A DNA stretch of 64,000 nucleotides from Bradymonadia bacterium (GTDB lineage Bacteria; Myxococcota_A; Bradymonadia; UBA7976; UBA1532): contig JBKAGE010000078.1 in the NCBI GenBank assembly GCA_046290225.1, positions 352,001 to 416,000 on the forward strand. The letters run 5' to 3'. Below are positions 8,888 through 18,442 of this stretch, piece after piece; position 1 is the first letter of the stretch, and every line of letters begins with the position of its first letter. Under the pieces are notes generated by a model that was not told the origin of the DNA, searched no databases, and saw only the letters and a program-made list of their open reading frames with translations. A program made the translations under genes and the position numbers.

Positions 8888-10812
8888 AGCGCTCAGGGCC
8901 ACGGTGGTGGTCCTTCGTCCTCGTGGCAGCTCTCGCACATTGGGGTTCACTCTGGGGCTGTGGGGCAACACCCAAGGCGCCTGCAGCGCCTCCCAAGCTC
9001 GCCCTGGTGGTGGGGATCAATCACTACCCGTCACCGCTCATCCCCGAGCTTGAGGGTGCCACACACGACGCGCGCAACTTCAAACAACTGCTCATCGAGC
9101 ACTATGGATTCGACGCCGCCGACGTGAAGGTTCTGACAGATGCTCAGGCCACTCGGGCAGGCATCTTGACGACCTTTCGCAGACATCTCGTGGAGCGAAC
9201 AGTGCCTGGTGCTCAGGTGGTCTTTCATTTCAGCGGACACGGCGCCCAGGTCTTCGACCGTTCGGGCGACGAGCCCGACCGCCTCGACGAAACCCTCGTG
9301 CCCTACGACGCACGGCGAAAGGGCGAGGCGGCCGGCGACATCCTCGATGACGAGATTCAGGGGCTGGTGAAGGCCATCGTCGCCCGTGGGGGGCACCCCA
9401 CCCTCATCTTCGACAGCTGTCACTCGGGGACCGCGGTCCGCTCAGGGCCGAAGGTTCGGGGCCTCGAGCTTCCCAAGGGGGTGAGCCCTGCAGCCCCTCA
9501 CCTGCAACCAGAAGACGAAGGCATGGAGATGCCCCGAGGGTACACCCTCGTCTCTGCGGCGGGCAGCGCTCAAAAGGCCCACGAGATCATCGACGGATCG
9601 GGGCAGGCCCACGGGGCCCTCACCTGGTTCCTCACCCGGGCCATTCGACAAAGCCATGGCCAAATCACGTGGCGCGCAGCAGTGAGTCGCGCCCAAGCTG
9701 ACGTCGCTGTGCACTTTCCCGGCCAACGACCTCGACTCGAAGGCGAAGGCCTCGATCAGCAGCCCTTCTCTACCCCCACGGCATCTCCGGTGGGACCCCC
9801 ACGCTACCTGGCGCGGGCCGTCACGGGATCTCAGAAGCAGCTGACCCTCAACGCCGGCAAGCTTCACGGTGTCGCCCGAGGGGCGCTGTACGGTCTGTAC
9901 CCCCTGGAGGCGATCTGGGCAGAGGAGTTGCCCCCTGAAGACGCTCAACTCGGCCGATTGCTGATCACTGAAGTGAACCCCATGGGGAGCACGGGCCGGC
10001 TGACAGGGGGTGACTGCCTCAAGGCCTGTCAGGCTGTTGAATTGTCGAGGCCTCTGACGCCCCACCCGCTCCCTGTGCGCCTCGATGGCCCCGAGGGTCA
10101 GTGGGATCCTTTGAAGAAGGCCCTCGAGCCCTGGGCGCAGGTGAAGGTCGTCGACGAGCCCCATCTCGCCCGGGCCATGCTCGCCACTTCCGAACAGGGC
10201 TTCACGCTGCAACTGCCTGCAGCAGGTGGGGTCGCTCAAGGGCTCTCTGTGGAGCAGGCCGTGGCGAAGCTGCTCCGATGGGCGCGGTGGTTTCACCTGA
10301 TGAACCTGCCCGACGGCGGTGACATCGGCGCCGAGATCACCCTCGATCCCCCCATCGTGGCCAACGCGGTGCCGCCGGGGACCCGCTTTACGCTCCAAGT
10401 GCAGAACAAAAGCCGCCGCCGGCTCTACCTGTCGGTGCTCTCGCTCTCCGACGAGGGTGAGATTACGCTCGTGTATCCCGCTCCCGGGGCTCAGGAGCAC
10501 ATCGATCCGGGCACCCGCTGGTCCAAGCCCATCCGCACAGTGCTCTCCAGGGACCGTGAGCAGAGCACAGATCTCATCCGAGTGGTCTTCACCCCGACAC
10601 CGCTCGATCTTGCTGCGGTGGAGCAGCCGCCTGAGCTGAGCACGCCGGGCACCCGTGGCCGGCCCTCCCTCGCCGGATGGCTGCTCTGGGGCGCCACCCG
10701 AGGGGGCCCGGTCTCGATGGAGACCCGAGATTGGAGTATTCGCAGCCTCGCGGTGACGGTGCGTCGCGAGGCGCCCCCTCTGCCCCCGAGAGTCGGCCAG
10801 GGCGAGGATTGA
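8884..10812 (+). CDS. Caspase-family (peptidase C14) lipoprotein with C-terminal DUF4384-like domain
   Basis: ALVVGINHY, catalytic FSGHG and IFDSCHSG, DETLVPYD, HGALT. The signal peptide ends in LWGC. The C-terminal beta-sandwich contains LYLSVLSL...ITLVYP. Confidence 0.92.
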   Translation: MKRSGPRWWSFVLVAALAHWGSLWGCGATPKAPAAPPKLALVVGINHYPSPLIPELEGATHDARNFKQLLIEHYGFDAADVKVLTDAQATRAGILTTFRRHLVERTVPGAQVVFHFSGHGAQVFDRSGDEPDRLDETLVPYDARRKGEAAGDILDDEIQGLVKAIVARGGHPTLIFDSCHSGTAVRSGPKVRGLELPKGVSPAAPHLQPEDEGMEMPRGYTLVSAAGSAQKAHEIIDGSGQAHGALTWFLTRAIRQSHGQITWRAAVSRAQADVAVHFPGQRPRLEGEGLDQQPFSTPTASPVGPPRYLARAVTGSQKQLTLNAGKLHGVARGALYGLYPLEAIWAEELPPEDAQLGRLLITEVNPMGSTGRLTGGDCLKACQAVELSRPLTPHPLPVRLDGPEGQWDPLKKALEPWAQVKVVDEPHLARAMLATSEQGFTLQLPAAGGVAQGLSVEQAVAKLLRWARWFHLMNLPDGGDIGAEITLDPPIVANAVPPGTRFTLQVQNKSRRRLYLSVLSLSDEGEITLVYPAPGAQEHIDPGTRWSKPIRTVLSRDREQSTDLIRVVFTPTPLDLAAVEQPPELSTPGTRGRPSLAGWLLWGATRGGPVSMETRDWSIRSLAVTVRREAPPLPPRVGQGED

Positions 10813-10870
10813 CAGCGATATGCCTCTGGGTTGAGATCCCGAGGCGATTGCGTGACACGTGAGTCGGTAG

Positions 10871-11686
10871 ATGACTGAGCCCCACATGGATGACGCGGCC
10901 CTCGACGCCCTGGCCTTCAAGGCCATGGGTGGGGGGGTGCCCGTCGAACCGCCTGATCCTGACGAGGCGCCTTCCCTCGATGAAGGCCTCATCCTCGCCT
11001 GGCAAGCAGGGCAGCTCGACGAGCACACATCGGCCCGTGTCGAGGCTGCCCTCGCCGCTGATCCAGAGGCCCGGGCGGTGGCCCTGGCCCTGGCGGAGCT
11101 GAACGCGTCGCCGGAGCTTGTGGATGATGTGATGCACCGGGCCTTGGAGAGCCAGAAGCCGAAGGCCATCTGGCGGTGGCCCACAGCAATGGCCGCAGCA
11201 GCGGCACTGGCCATTGGAGTGTGGTGGGGTCAACAAGAGCAGCGACTGCCAGGGCCAGACTATGCCTCGGGACCGCTGCTCGGTGCTGCACAAGTCTACC
11301 GCGGACCCGATCAGCCTCAGACCACATCTCCGGTCTATCTGCCGAGCAACACGCTGATGGTGAAGCTGCGACCTGCGACACCGCAAAGCGCGCCGAAGGT
11401 GCACATCTTCGGTGCCTTCGAGGGCGGCCAGCTCGAAGTCCTCTCAGATCATGTCGTCGAGCCCGTCGAGGGTGGCGGCCTCATCATCTCGGCGCCGGCG
11501 AGCGGCCTGTTCGGAGATCGCTTCGGCCCCTGGCGGTTGCATGTGGTCCTCGGCGATGTGCCCGAAGGGCTCGGCCGACGCGGTGAGGCTGAAGTGGATG
11601 CCAGAGCGCGCAGCTCGGGCACCACGTGGATGTCCTTCGATCTCCGCTATGCCCCCACCCTGAAGACAGATGAGGTGGAGCCCTGA
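10871..11686 (+). CDS. Putative transmembrane anti-sigma factor
   Basis: The N-terminus LILAWQAGQLDEHTSARVEAALAADPEAR matches the zf-HC2/ASD pattern without Zn ligands. One TM helix (AMAAAAALAIGVWW) precedes an extracytoplasmic domain, and the gene is adjacent to an ECF sigma. Confidence 0.75.
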   Translation: MTEPHMDDAALDALAFKAMGGGVPVEPPDPDEAPSLDEGLILAWQAGQLDEHTSARVEAALAADPEARAVALALAELNASPELVDDVMHRALESQKPKAIWRWPTAMAAAAALAIGVWWGQQEQRLPGPDYASGPLLGAAQVYRGPDQPQTTSPVYLPSNTLMVKLRPATPQSAPKVHIFGAFEGGQLEVLSDHVVEPVEGGGLIISAPASGLFGDRFGPWRLHVVLGDVPEGLGRRGEAEVDARARSSGTTWMSFDLRYAPTLKTDEVEP

Positions 11687-12339
11687 TTCTCTCACTCCTG
11701 CATCTGCTCACCGCCCTCCCCGGCGGCTTTGGTGATCGAGCCGACGAGGTCTTGATCAAGAAAGCCCTTGGAGGCCACAGCGGCGCTCTGCGCATGCTGG
11801 CGCGGCGTATTCTCCCAGTCATCAAGGCCCGGGCGCTGGCCTACACCCGTCGCCGTGGTGGTGATCTGGGAGTACACGACGCCGATGATCTCGTTCAGGA
11901 GATCTGGCTGACCCTGCTCAGCGATGACGGCCGTCTACTCAAGACCTATGACGCCACCCGGGGCAAATCCCTCGAGGGCTATGTCGGCCTGATCTGTCGT
12001 CGTGAGCTGTGGCGTCGTGCCCGGGCCCACGGCGCCATCCGCCGTGGAGGCGAAGCCCAGATCGCCCCCCTCGAAGCAGCCGCCGAGGCCCCGACCTCTG
12101 CCCCCGATCCCGAAGCCATCGTCATGGGGCAGAACCTGCTCGATGGTCTCTCGAGCTATCTGAGCGAGCAGCTGCCCGAGCGCGGCCGCCTCGTGCTCTC
12201 GGCCATCTACGAAGACCACCTCGAGCCGGCGAAGGCTGCGCAGATGATGGGGGTCAAGGTGCAGGTCGTGTACAACTGGCAGCACAAGATCCGCGGACTC
12301 ATCAAAGCCTACTGCGCCGAAGCTGGGGTGGCGGTCTGA
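11683..12339 (+). CDS. ECF-type RNA polymerase sigma factor
   Basis: Region 2 (DADDLVQEIWL...YDATRGKSLEGYV) and region 4 HTH (AAQMMGVKVQVVYNWQHKIR). The ORF track starts at TTG 11752; the start is inferred at CTG 11683 because the DEVLIKKALGG motif begins upstream of that TTG. Confidence 0.9.
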   Translation: MILSLLHLLTALPGGFGDRADEVLIKKALGGHSGALRMLARRILPVIKARALAYTRRRGGDLGVHDADDLVQEIWLTLLSDDGRLLKTYDATRGKSLEGYVGLICRRELWRRARAHGAIRRGGEAQIAPLEAAAEAPTSAPDPEAIVMGQNLLDGLSSYLSEQLPERGRLVLSAIYEDHLEPAKAAQMMGVKVQVVYNWQHKIRGLIKAYCAEAGVAV

Positions 12340-15056
12340 GGGCCCTACTTCGCTCGCACGCGCTGTGGATCTGCAGTGTGCTGGCCCTCTGCGCATGTCA
12401 GAAGGCACCAGAGCCGGCGCCAGCCCCTGCACCTCTCGAAGCGCTCATCATCAACCCCACAGCGCTGATTCGCGAGGGCACGAACGCCCAATACTGGCTC
12501 ACCCCTGGACGCAGTCTGCTCGTACAACTGAACGCGTCGAGTATCGCGGGCGCCTGGACTCTACACCTGCCTGATCGCAACATAGCCGGCAAGGTGGCTG
12601 GTCCATCAGTCCTCCGGTTTGAGCTGCCAAGCTCTATCCCACAGCCCCCCGAACGCGTTGAGCTGCGCTTGATTGGGCCCGGGCGACGGGAGATGCGCTG
12701 GCTGGTCCGATGGGTCAGTGATCCCCCACCTGCACGTCAAAAAGCTGCCCGCCTGAGCCGGGCAAGTGCCCGAGAGGCACTGAAGGCGCTCGGCTCGATG
12801 ACGCCGGAAGACTCAGTCTGGGCAACGCCGTTCAAGGCGCGGCTCAAGACGAGTCTCGAAGGGCCTCGCGCCGGTGTCGAAGCCTGGCTTGAAGGCGCCA
12901 GACTTGCTGGCACCCATGGTGTCCTCTCAGAACAGATGCGCAATCTGCACATCGCCGCCCACATGGCAGTGGGTGCCCAAATGTTCTCAGAAGCGAGCGA
13001 GGTTTTGGCTCAGGCCAGAGATCTCAACGTCTTTGACATCCAACCCCGCAGTCGATGGGACAATCAACACGCCCAGAGCTACCTCCATGCTCAGTTGGGT
13101 CAATGGATGCTCAGCAGACGTGCCCTCGAAGGCGCTCTGGCCGGTTATCGAGAGGCGGGGCTCTCGAACGAGGCAGCGTCAGCAGGCAACTCTCTCGCGT
13201 TGTTGCTCTCTGATTTGGGCCATCATCGTATCGCGCTGGAGGTGCTCAAGGGTGAAGTCGATCCTGATGCTCTGCCCACTCACCTCCAGCTTCTGCGAAA
13301 CGTCAACCTCGGCTGGATACTGCTCCGCGGCGCAACGGAGCGCATGTGGCCCCTGGACGAGGCAAGGCTCACCTCGCTCTTCACAGGCGCCCTGGCCTAC
13401 GCTCAGGAGGCCCATGGTGACCTGGATGTCGCCAACATCCGCGCCAACCTCGCCCTCACAGCCATCCTCGCAAACAACCTCGCCGAGGCCGAAACCCACC
13501 TCACCGCAGCCGAAGCCGCTGATCCTCGGGGAGAGAGTTTCGCCGCTCTGTTCATCGCTCGCCTCAAGGGTGAACTGGCCCTAGCGAAGGGAGACGCCCA
13601 GCAAGCGCTCGAGATCTTCGCAGTTGCTGAGCTGCTGGCCCGACGCAAGGCCAACGGAGACTGTGAGGACTGTTGGCGAGGCGCCTGGGGCAGCGGCCGC
13701 GCAGCGCTGGCCCTCGGCAACAGACAACACGCCCTGGAGATCTTCCGGCGAGCCATCGATGAGATGGATCGGCTCGCCCAATTTGCCTCGGTTACCGAAG
13801 ATCGAGGGCGCTTCAGAGCTGACCGCCGTGACCTCGTCGATGACACGCTCAGGTTGCTGCTCCACGATGCATGTGGTGCCAAAGGCCCCTGCCTGGACGA
13901 AGCCTTTGCCCTTGCAGATGCGCGGCGGGCAGCCCCCCTCGACGATTTGCTCAGTCGACTCCAGGCCGACCATCTGTCAGCCACCGAAGCACAACACCGA
14001 CGTGCCCGCATCGACGCCGCTCGGCAAGCTCAACGCGAGCTCCGCACATTGGTGGAGCGTGGCGCGGTCGTCCCTGAATCCGAACAGGCTCAGTGGCAGG
14101 CAGCCCACGTCCAGGCCAAAGCCGCCCGGGATGCAGCCTTCGAGGATGCGTTTGCCTTCGCCGGGCCCGCCAGCGGGGATCCCCAACAGCACAGTCCGCA
14201 CTCGATACGTCAGCACCTGGGCGATGACGCGGCCCTGCTCCTGATCACCCCCCTCGATGAAGGCTGGTACAGCTTCTGGCTCGACAACACCGTCCTCCGC
14301 GGTGCGGCGATCACCGACGACCCACTCGCACCCTGGACCGACGCCCTCAAAGACATTCGACACCTGTACGTGGTACCTGGAGGGCACCCCAAAGGCCTTG
14401 CCATCGCCACTGACGCCCTTGGGGATCGACCACCCCTCCTCAAGTCCCACACAGTGGCTGTACTGCCGCATGGCGGCCTGCTCAACGAGAAAGCCGCCAC
14501 GGCATCGGGGCCACCTGTCATCATCGCTGACCCGAGAGGCGACCTCTCTGGAGCAGCCGAGGAGGGCCGCCAGCTCGCCACACGCTGGCCTGATGCGCAG
14601 GTGCTCTCGGGCCCGCGCGCCAGAACAGCCCCAGTCCTCGATCACCTCACGCAGGCACGTAGGGTGCATTTCGCCGGCCACGGCGTCTTGCACAGGGCCG
14701 ACCCGTGGGCCGCCCACCTCGCGCTCTTCGACACCGACACCCTCGACGTGTACGCCATCCTCACCCACCCGGTGCCCAGCGAGCTGGTGTTTCTCAGTGG
14801 CTGTGAGACCGGCGTAGATGATGTGATCCTCGACGAAGAGATCGTGGGCTTGCCCGAGGCGTTTCTCGCTGCTGGGGCACGCTCCGTGGTGGCCACCGCC
14901 CGGCCCGTGGCCGATCGCTCTGCCCGGGCCTTCGCCCGGCACTTCTACGATCACCTCGACGCGGGCCCTGCTGCAGCGCTCAGGGCTGCGGCGTTGGCCC
15001 TCGAGGCCGAGGGTGATCCACACTGGACGGCCTACAGGCTGATGGGGAGGCGCTGA
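12336..15056 (+). CDS. TPR-CHAT protease 1, predicted lipoprotein
   Basis: CHAT dyad VHFAGHG / FLSGCETG, AFLAAGARSVVA and a TPR-like helical middle. The signal LRALLRSHALWICSVLALCAC begins at a CTG overlapping the sigma stop (start inferred). Confidence 0.88.
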   Translation: MRALLRSHALWICSVLALCACQKAPEPAPAPAPLEALIINPTALIREGTNAQYWLTPGRSLLVQLNASSIAGAWTLHLPDRNIAGKVAGPSVLRFELPSSIPQPPERVELRLIGPGRREMRWLVRWVSDPPPARQKAARLSRASAREALKALGSMTPEDSVWATPFKARLKTSLEGPRAGVEAWLEGARLAGTHGVLSEQMRNLHIAAHMAVGAQMFSEASEVLAQARDLNVFDIQPRSRWDNQHAQSYLHAQLGQWMLSRRALEGALAGYREAGLSNEAASAGNSLALLLSDLGHHRIALEVLKGEVDPDALPTHLQLLRNVNLGWILLRGATERMWPLDEARLTSLFTGALAYAQEAHGDLDVANIRANLALTAILANNLAEAETHLTAAEAADPRGESFAALFIARLKGELALAKGDAQQALEIFAVAELLARRKANGDCEDCWRGAWGSGRAALALGNRQHALEIFRRAIDEMDRLAQFASVTEDRGRFRADRRDLVDDTLRLLLHDACGAKGPCLDEAFALADARRAAPLDDLLSRLQADHLSATEAQHRRARIDAARQAQRELRTLVERGAVVPESEQAQWQAAHVQAKAARDAAFEDAFAFAGPASGDPQQHSPHSIRQHLGDDAALLLITPLDEGWYSFWLDNTVLRGAAITDDPLAPWTDALKDIRHLYVVPGGHPKGLAIATDALGDRPPLLKSHTVAVLPHGGLLNEKAATASGPPVIIADPRGDLSGAAEEGRQLATRWPDAQVLSGPRARTAPVLDHLTQARRVHFAGHGVLHRADPWAAHLALFDTDTLDVYAILTHPVPSELVFLSGCETGVDDVILDEEIVGLPEAFLAAGARSVVATARPVADRSARAFARHFYDHLDAGPAAALRAAALALEAEGDPHWTAYRLMGRR

Positions 15057-18000
15057 TGAGCAGACATCTCTTCTCACGGTTACATGCCGGGCTGTTCGCC
15101 CTCGGGCTGTTCGTCTTCGTGCTGGGCATCGGAGTCGGGCACGCCGAAGATGACGAGTTCGTGAGCGACGAGGCCATGGAGGCCCTGGCAAAGTTCCAGC
15201 AAGGGCAGAGCCTCTTCGAGGCGGGTCAGGTGGATCGCGCCCTCACGCTCTTCTCCGAGTCCCTCCCCATCGTGGAGACCATTGTGGCGCCGGATTCGCC
15301 GGGGGACATGGGTGACGCCTACTCCACCGTAGCCCGGTCGGCCTATACCGCGGAGCGCTTCGAGCTCGCAGACCAATGGGGCGTACGGGCCTTCGAGCTA
15401 CATCGCAAGGCGCACAAGGGGCATCACCCGAGCGCGGTTCAGGATCTCGATCTGCTCACCGCCACTGCCATGGCTCGAGGCCGATACTTCGAAGCGAGCG
15501 AGCGTCTCGAACAGGCCCTCGTCGTCATCGAGGCCCTCGACCCTTCTGATCCACGGCGCTCCGCAGGGCCCTCCGCAGTGGCTCAGGCCTTTGCCGAGCA
15601 CGGTGCCCGATCACTCGCTTCGAAGTGGTATGCCCACGCTCTGAAGGCCACTGAGGCGCAATTCGGCGCGGATCATCCCAACACCGGGATCGTCTTGAGC
15701 AACCAGGGCAGGCATCTGCTGGCCATTGGCGATCACCGCGGCGCAGCAAAGGCCCACCTCAGGGCCATGGAGATCATGCGCGCCCAGTATGGCGAGGTGC
15801 ACGCCGACACAGCTCGGACCATGGGCTACGCCGGCTGGTCCCTGCTCCACGCTGGGCAGCTGGCGAAGGGACGAAAACTCCTGGAGCAATCTCTCGCCAT
15901 CGAAGAGCAGGTGCACGGCCCGGAGCATGCCGAGGTCGCCGATACGCTGGTCGATCTCTCCGAGCTGTACCTGCACATTGGTGACATCCAACGGGCGCGC
16001 ACGCTGCTCGATCGCGCCGTGGCGATCAACGCAGCAAAGTTGTCGGAGGATGATCCGGACAGAGCCCGAGCGCACTTTGCCCTCGGTGCACTGCACTACA
16101 CCCAAGAAGACTACGACGCCGCCGAGACGCAGCTCACCCTCGCGTACACGCTGCTCACGGCGAAGGGCGAGGCAGGCAGCCAGCTGACTCACCTGCGCTA
16201 CGCTCTGGGATACCTGAAGGCCGAGCAGGGGCAAATCTCGGAGGGCATCGAGCTGCTGAAGACCGCCCTCGAAGAGAGCCAGGGTGAGGGCGGCAAGGCG
16301 AGTCAGCGGGCGCTCTATTCTGCCTTCCTTGGAGAACTCTACGTCCGCGATGGCGATCTCGACGCCGCTCGACCCTACCTCGACGATGCCCTCGCCTACA
16401 TCGAAGGGGCGGATCTGCCCGTTCATCCCTGGGCCGTCTACATGCGCTATGCCCTGCTGGCCCACGTGGACGATCGCCTGGCCACAGCCATCTTCTTCGC
16501 CAAGAAGGCGGTCGCTGCGTTGGAGAGCAGCCGCCGTGAGGTGGCCAGTATGACTGGCGGTGCCCTCGATCACTTCGACGGGACTCATCGACCCACCTAC
16601 GAGCTGCTCGCCGATCTGCTCATCGAGGCAGGCAGGCTCCTGGAAGCGCAGCAGGTCCTCGACTTGCTCAAGCAGGCAGAGTTCAGAGCATTCACGCGCT
16701 CGGATCCTCGGGGGCCCTCTCTCACATGGAACGCTCGAGAGCAACCGATGGTGGTCCGTCGGGAGTCTGGCGGACCCAAGGGCGGCTATGTGGAGATCAC
16801 GCACCGTCTCGCCAGCGCAGGCCGGGCCTACGAGGCGCTGCTCGCCCGAAAGCGGCAGGCCCTCCGAGAAGGTCGCCCCTGGGCCGAGGCGCAGGAAAAA
16901 GTGCTTCAGACCCTCCGCAGCGATCTCGGGGCAGCCCGAAGCGCCTATCTCGCCCAACTCGCTCAGCTCGAAGAGACGCTGAAGGCCAGAGACGACGGCG
17001 ATCTGCTCGGAAGACACCAGCTCAAGCGGCTCAGTGCGCTCCAGAGCACGCTCCGCCGCATCGGTGAGGGTACCGTGCTGGTCCACGCCCTCATCACCGA
17101 TGACGCATTGCACCTGCTGCTCACCACCCCAGGCGTACAGCTCGTGCGGACTGTACCGATCAAGCGCGCGGACCTGTACCGCGACATCCACACCATGCGA
17201 CAGGCCCTCGCCTCCCCCTCGATGCCGATCCACGACGCCGCCGGGCGCATGTACAAGCATCTCGTCGCCCCGATTCGCGAAGATCTCCGCCAGGCAGGCG
17301 CACGGACGATCTTGTTCGCTCTCGATGGTCCGCTGCGTTACCTGCCCCCTGCGGCGCTGTATGACGCCAAATCGAAACGCTACCTCGTCCAGACCTTTGC
17401 GGTGGCCCACTACACCGAGGCTTCACGCAACACCCTGGAGCGCGATCGCCAGCGCCTGGCCTCCGCCGCAGGCTTGGGGCTGAGCAAGGCTCAGGGTGGG
17501 TTCTCCCCTCTCCCAGCAGTGGGGGAAGAGCTCGATCGGCTGGTCAAGCAGGGGCCGGAGGACGAGGGTGCGATGCCTGGGGTGGTCCATCTCGACGAAG
17601 CGTTCTCCAGAGATGCTCTCGTTGGGGCCCTGGAAGATCGACATCCGGTGGTGCACGTGGCCAGTCACTTCGCCTTTCGCCCAGGCACTGAGGACGATTC
17701 CTATCTCTTGCTCGGTGATGGGCAGCGACTCTCCATCGCCGAGCTGAGATCTGGGGCGTTCCGCTTCGACGAGGTCGAACTGCTCACCCTCTCGGCCTGC
17801 GAGACCGCGCTCTCCACCGGCGCCGACGGTCGAGAGATCGATGGCCTCGCCACCGTGGCACAGGACCGAGGGGCCCAGTCGGTCCTCGCCAGTCTCTGGC
17901 CTGTGGCCGATGTGAGTACTGCCCGACTGATGGGCCACATGTACCAGCGGCTCGTCACCGGCGAGGGCAAGGCCCAGGCCCTCAGGCAAGCGCAGCTGGC

Positions 18001-18169
18001 CCTGCTCAACGGAGAGATTGGTGGCGTCTCCGAGGTGGCAACCACACGGGGCATCGTCAGAGATGGCCCACCGGCGAAGGCTCGCGACGTCTTTGTCCCG
18101 CCCCCTGACGCTCCATGGGCACACCCCTACCACTGGGCCCCGTTCATCCTCATGGGTCACTGGCGATAG
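15056..18169 (+). CDS. TPR-CHAT protease 2, secreted
   Basis: Sec signal (…VLGIGVGHA|EDD), kinesin-light-chain-type TPRs (FGADHPNTG, HGPEHAEVA), CHAT dyad VHVASHF / LTLSACET, ASLWPVAD and HPYHWAPFIL. TGATG overlap with the upstream stop. Confidence 0.93.
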   Translation: MSRHLFSRLHAGLFALGLFVFVLGIGVGHAEDDEFVSDEAMEALAKFQQGQSLFEAGQVDRALTLFSESLPIVETIVAPDSPGDMGDAYSTVARSAYTAERFELADQWGVRAFELHRKAHKGHHPSAVQDLDLLTATAMARGRYFEASERLEQALVVIEALDPSDPRRSAGPSAVAQAFAEHGARSLASKWYAHALKATEAQFGADHPNTGIVLSNQGRHLLAIGDHRGAAKAHLRAMEIMRAQYGEVHADTARTMGYAGWSLLHAGQLAKGRKLLEQSLAIEEQVHGPEHAEVADTLVDLSELYLHIGDIQRARTLLDRAVAINAAKLSEDDPDRARAHFALGALHYTQEDYDAAETQLTLAYTLLTAKGEAGSQLTHLRYALGYLKAEQGQISEGIELLKTALEESQGEGGKASQRALYSAFLGELYVRDGDLDAARPYLDDALAYIEGADLPVHPWAVYMRYALLAHVDDRLATAIFFAKKAVAALESSRREVASMTGGALDHFDGTHRPTYELLADLLIEAGRLLEAQQVLDLLKQAEFRAFTRSDPRGPSLTWNAREQPMVVRRESGGPKGGYVEITHRLASAGRAYEALLARKRQALREGRPWAEAQEKVLQTLRSDLGAARSAYLAQLAQLEETLKARDDGDLLGRHQLKRLSALQSTLRRIGEGTVLVHALITDDALHLLLTTPGVQLVRTVPIKRADLYRDIHTMRQALASPSMPIHDAAGRMYKHLVAPIREDLRQAGARTILFALDGPLRYLPPAALYDAKSKRYLVQTFAVAHYTEASRNTLERDRQRLASAAGLGLSKAQGGFSPLPAVGEELDRLVKQGPEDEGAMPGVVHLDEAFSRDALVGALEDRHPVVHVASHFAFRPGTEDDSYLLLGDGQRLSIAELRSGAFRFDEVELLTLSACETALSTGADGREIDGLATVAQDRGAQSVLASLWPVADVSTARLMGHMYQRLVTGEGKAQALRQAQLALLNGEIGGVSEVATTRGIVRDGPPAKARDVFVPPPDAPWAHPYHWAPFILMGHWR

Positions 18170-18201
18170 CCACATTCTTCAGTGAAAAAACCTGCACCCT
18201 G

Positions 18202-18229
18202 GGAACCTGTGCCGGGGGTGAATGTCGAA
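18202..18229 (+). promoter_or_regulatory. Candidate ECF (sigmaE-like) promoter
   Basis: GGAACCT-N16-TCGAA versus the sigmaE consensus GGAACTT-N16-TCAAA; it lies in the intergenic gap before the gene at 18443. Confidence 0.45.
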
Positions 18230-18442
18230 CGGTTCAGCAGGGGGCGCTCGCCGTCCCATAGTCGAAAACGCATGTCATTCCCGCTGGTTGATTCCCTATA
18301 GAGGGCACAGGCGTGGTGTATCTCGATGGCGGTCAGGCGCCCCGCGCCGCCCACCAGCGACACGCACCGATCTGCCCTGACCAGAGCCAGGGTGAAGGCT
18401 GGATGGATGGCCGATAGAAACGGCCAGAAGCGAGAGGTCGAG

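Noticed and set aside
12009..12335. N-terminal extension of CHAT1, or a frameshift fusion of sigma and CHAT
   Set aside because: The extension is Arg/Pro-rich off-frame sequence overlapping the sigma gene. A signal peptide begins at 12336, and no slippery site was seen.
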